A stretch of 63,895 nt of DNA, counting the filler, from Reclinomonas americana ATCC 50394 (Eukaryota), in NCBI GenBank assembly GCA_048213135.1. It is 37 parts of 37 records of this genome, joined end to end, with 100 filler letters (N's around TTAATTAATTAA, not from the genome) between each part and the next. Parts side by side here need not be neighbours in the genome. Positions count along the whole stretch, not along the records: positions 62,860 to 63,895 come from AFZH01025397.1; 36 more parts are not named here. One strand, written 5' to 3'. A model generated the notes under the pieces. It was not told the DNA's origin. It did no database searches and saw nothing but the letters and a program-made list of their open reading frames with translations. Below are positions 63,525-63,895 of the stretch, in pieces; position 1 is the first letter of the stretch; each line of letters starts with the position of its first letter. Both the position numbers and the translations under genes were made by a program.

Positions 63525-63895
63525 ATGACCCCGACCATCGAGGCTCCGCCGCGGATGAAGCGCGGCGGCGTCCTGCTGCAGTTCCTCCTGCTGGCGCTCA
63601 CCTGGGGTGCGAGTTTCCTGTTCGTCGCAATCGCCCTCCAGGGACTCTCTCCGGCGCAGGTGGTCCTCGGGCGATTGGTCACGGGTGCGGTCGCCCTGGC
63701 GATCATCTGCGTGATCGCGCGGCACCGCCTGCCGCGCGCCGGTGTGGTCTGGGCGCATCTGTTCGTCGTCAGTCTGTTGCTCTGCGTCATCCCGTTCCTC
63801 CTGTTCGCGTGGGCGCAGCAGGGGATCTCCTCGGGGCTCGCGAGCATCTACAACGCCACGACGCCGCTCATGACGATGCTCGTCTCCCTCGTCGC
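63525..63895 (+). CDS. EamA/DMT family transporter, bacterial, 3' partial (missing from the ORF track)
   Basis: RBS AGGAGG at 63512-63517, then MTPTIE...LALTWGASFLFVAIALQGLSPAQVVLGRL...ISSGLASIYNATTPLMT. Confidence 0.9.
   Translation, partial: MTPTIEAPPRMKRGGVLLQFLLLALTWGASFLFVAIALQGLSPAQVVLGRLVTGAVALAIICVIARHRLPRAGVVWAHLFVVSLLLCVIPFLLFAWAQQGISSGLASIYNATTPLMTMLVSLV

Overview
This window is not one locus. It is 37 short contigs (mostly ~1.64-1.68 kb, roughly sorted by length) joined by artificial 100-nt linkers (N-run + TTAATTAATTAA + N-run), so adjacency across linkers has no meaning. About 34 contigs come from a GC-rich, microsatellite-rich, intron-dense microbial eukaryote. Recognisable genes include aconitase, a GH63 glucosidase, a SNF1/CIPK-like kinase, RUVBL2, a UMP-CMP/adenylate kinase, an SLC35B1-like transporter, a NAM8/RBP45-like RRM protein, NUF2, a WAC-domain ACF1-like protein, a Ctr copper transporter, and lectin-mucin, TPR and EF-hand proteins. 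There is also an RLE-type non-LTR retrotransposon remnant, and three loci appear twice as divergent copies. Three contigs are bacterial: two actinobacterial-like, and one small-plasmid backbone with BrnT/BrnA, a RepL-like initiator and a palindromic origin. The most unusual signal is in the eukaryote's splice sites. At least ten introns, placed by homology or reading-frame continuity, begin GTTG(C/A)G and almost always follow a non-G exon base, while the other introns use ordinary G|GTR(C/A)G. This looks like a common +1-shifted 5' splice-site class, a mode known only as a rarity in human genes.
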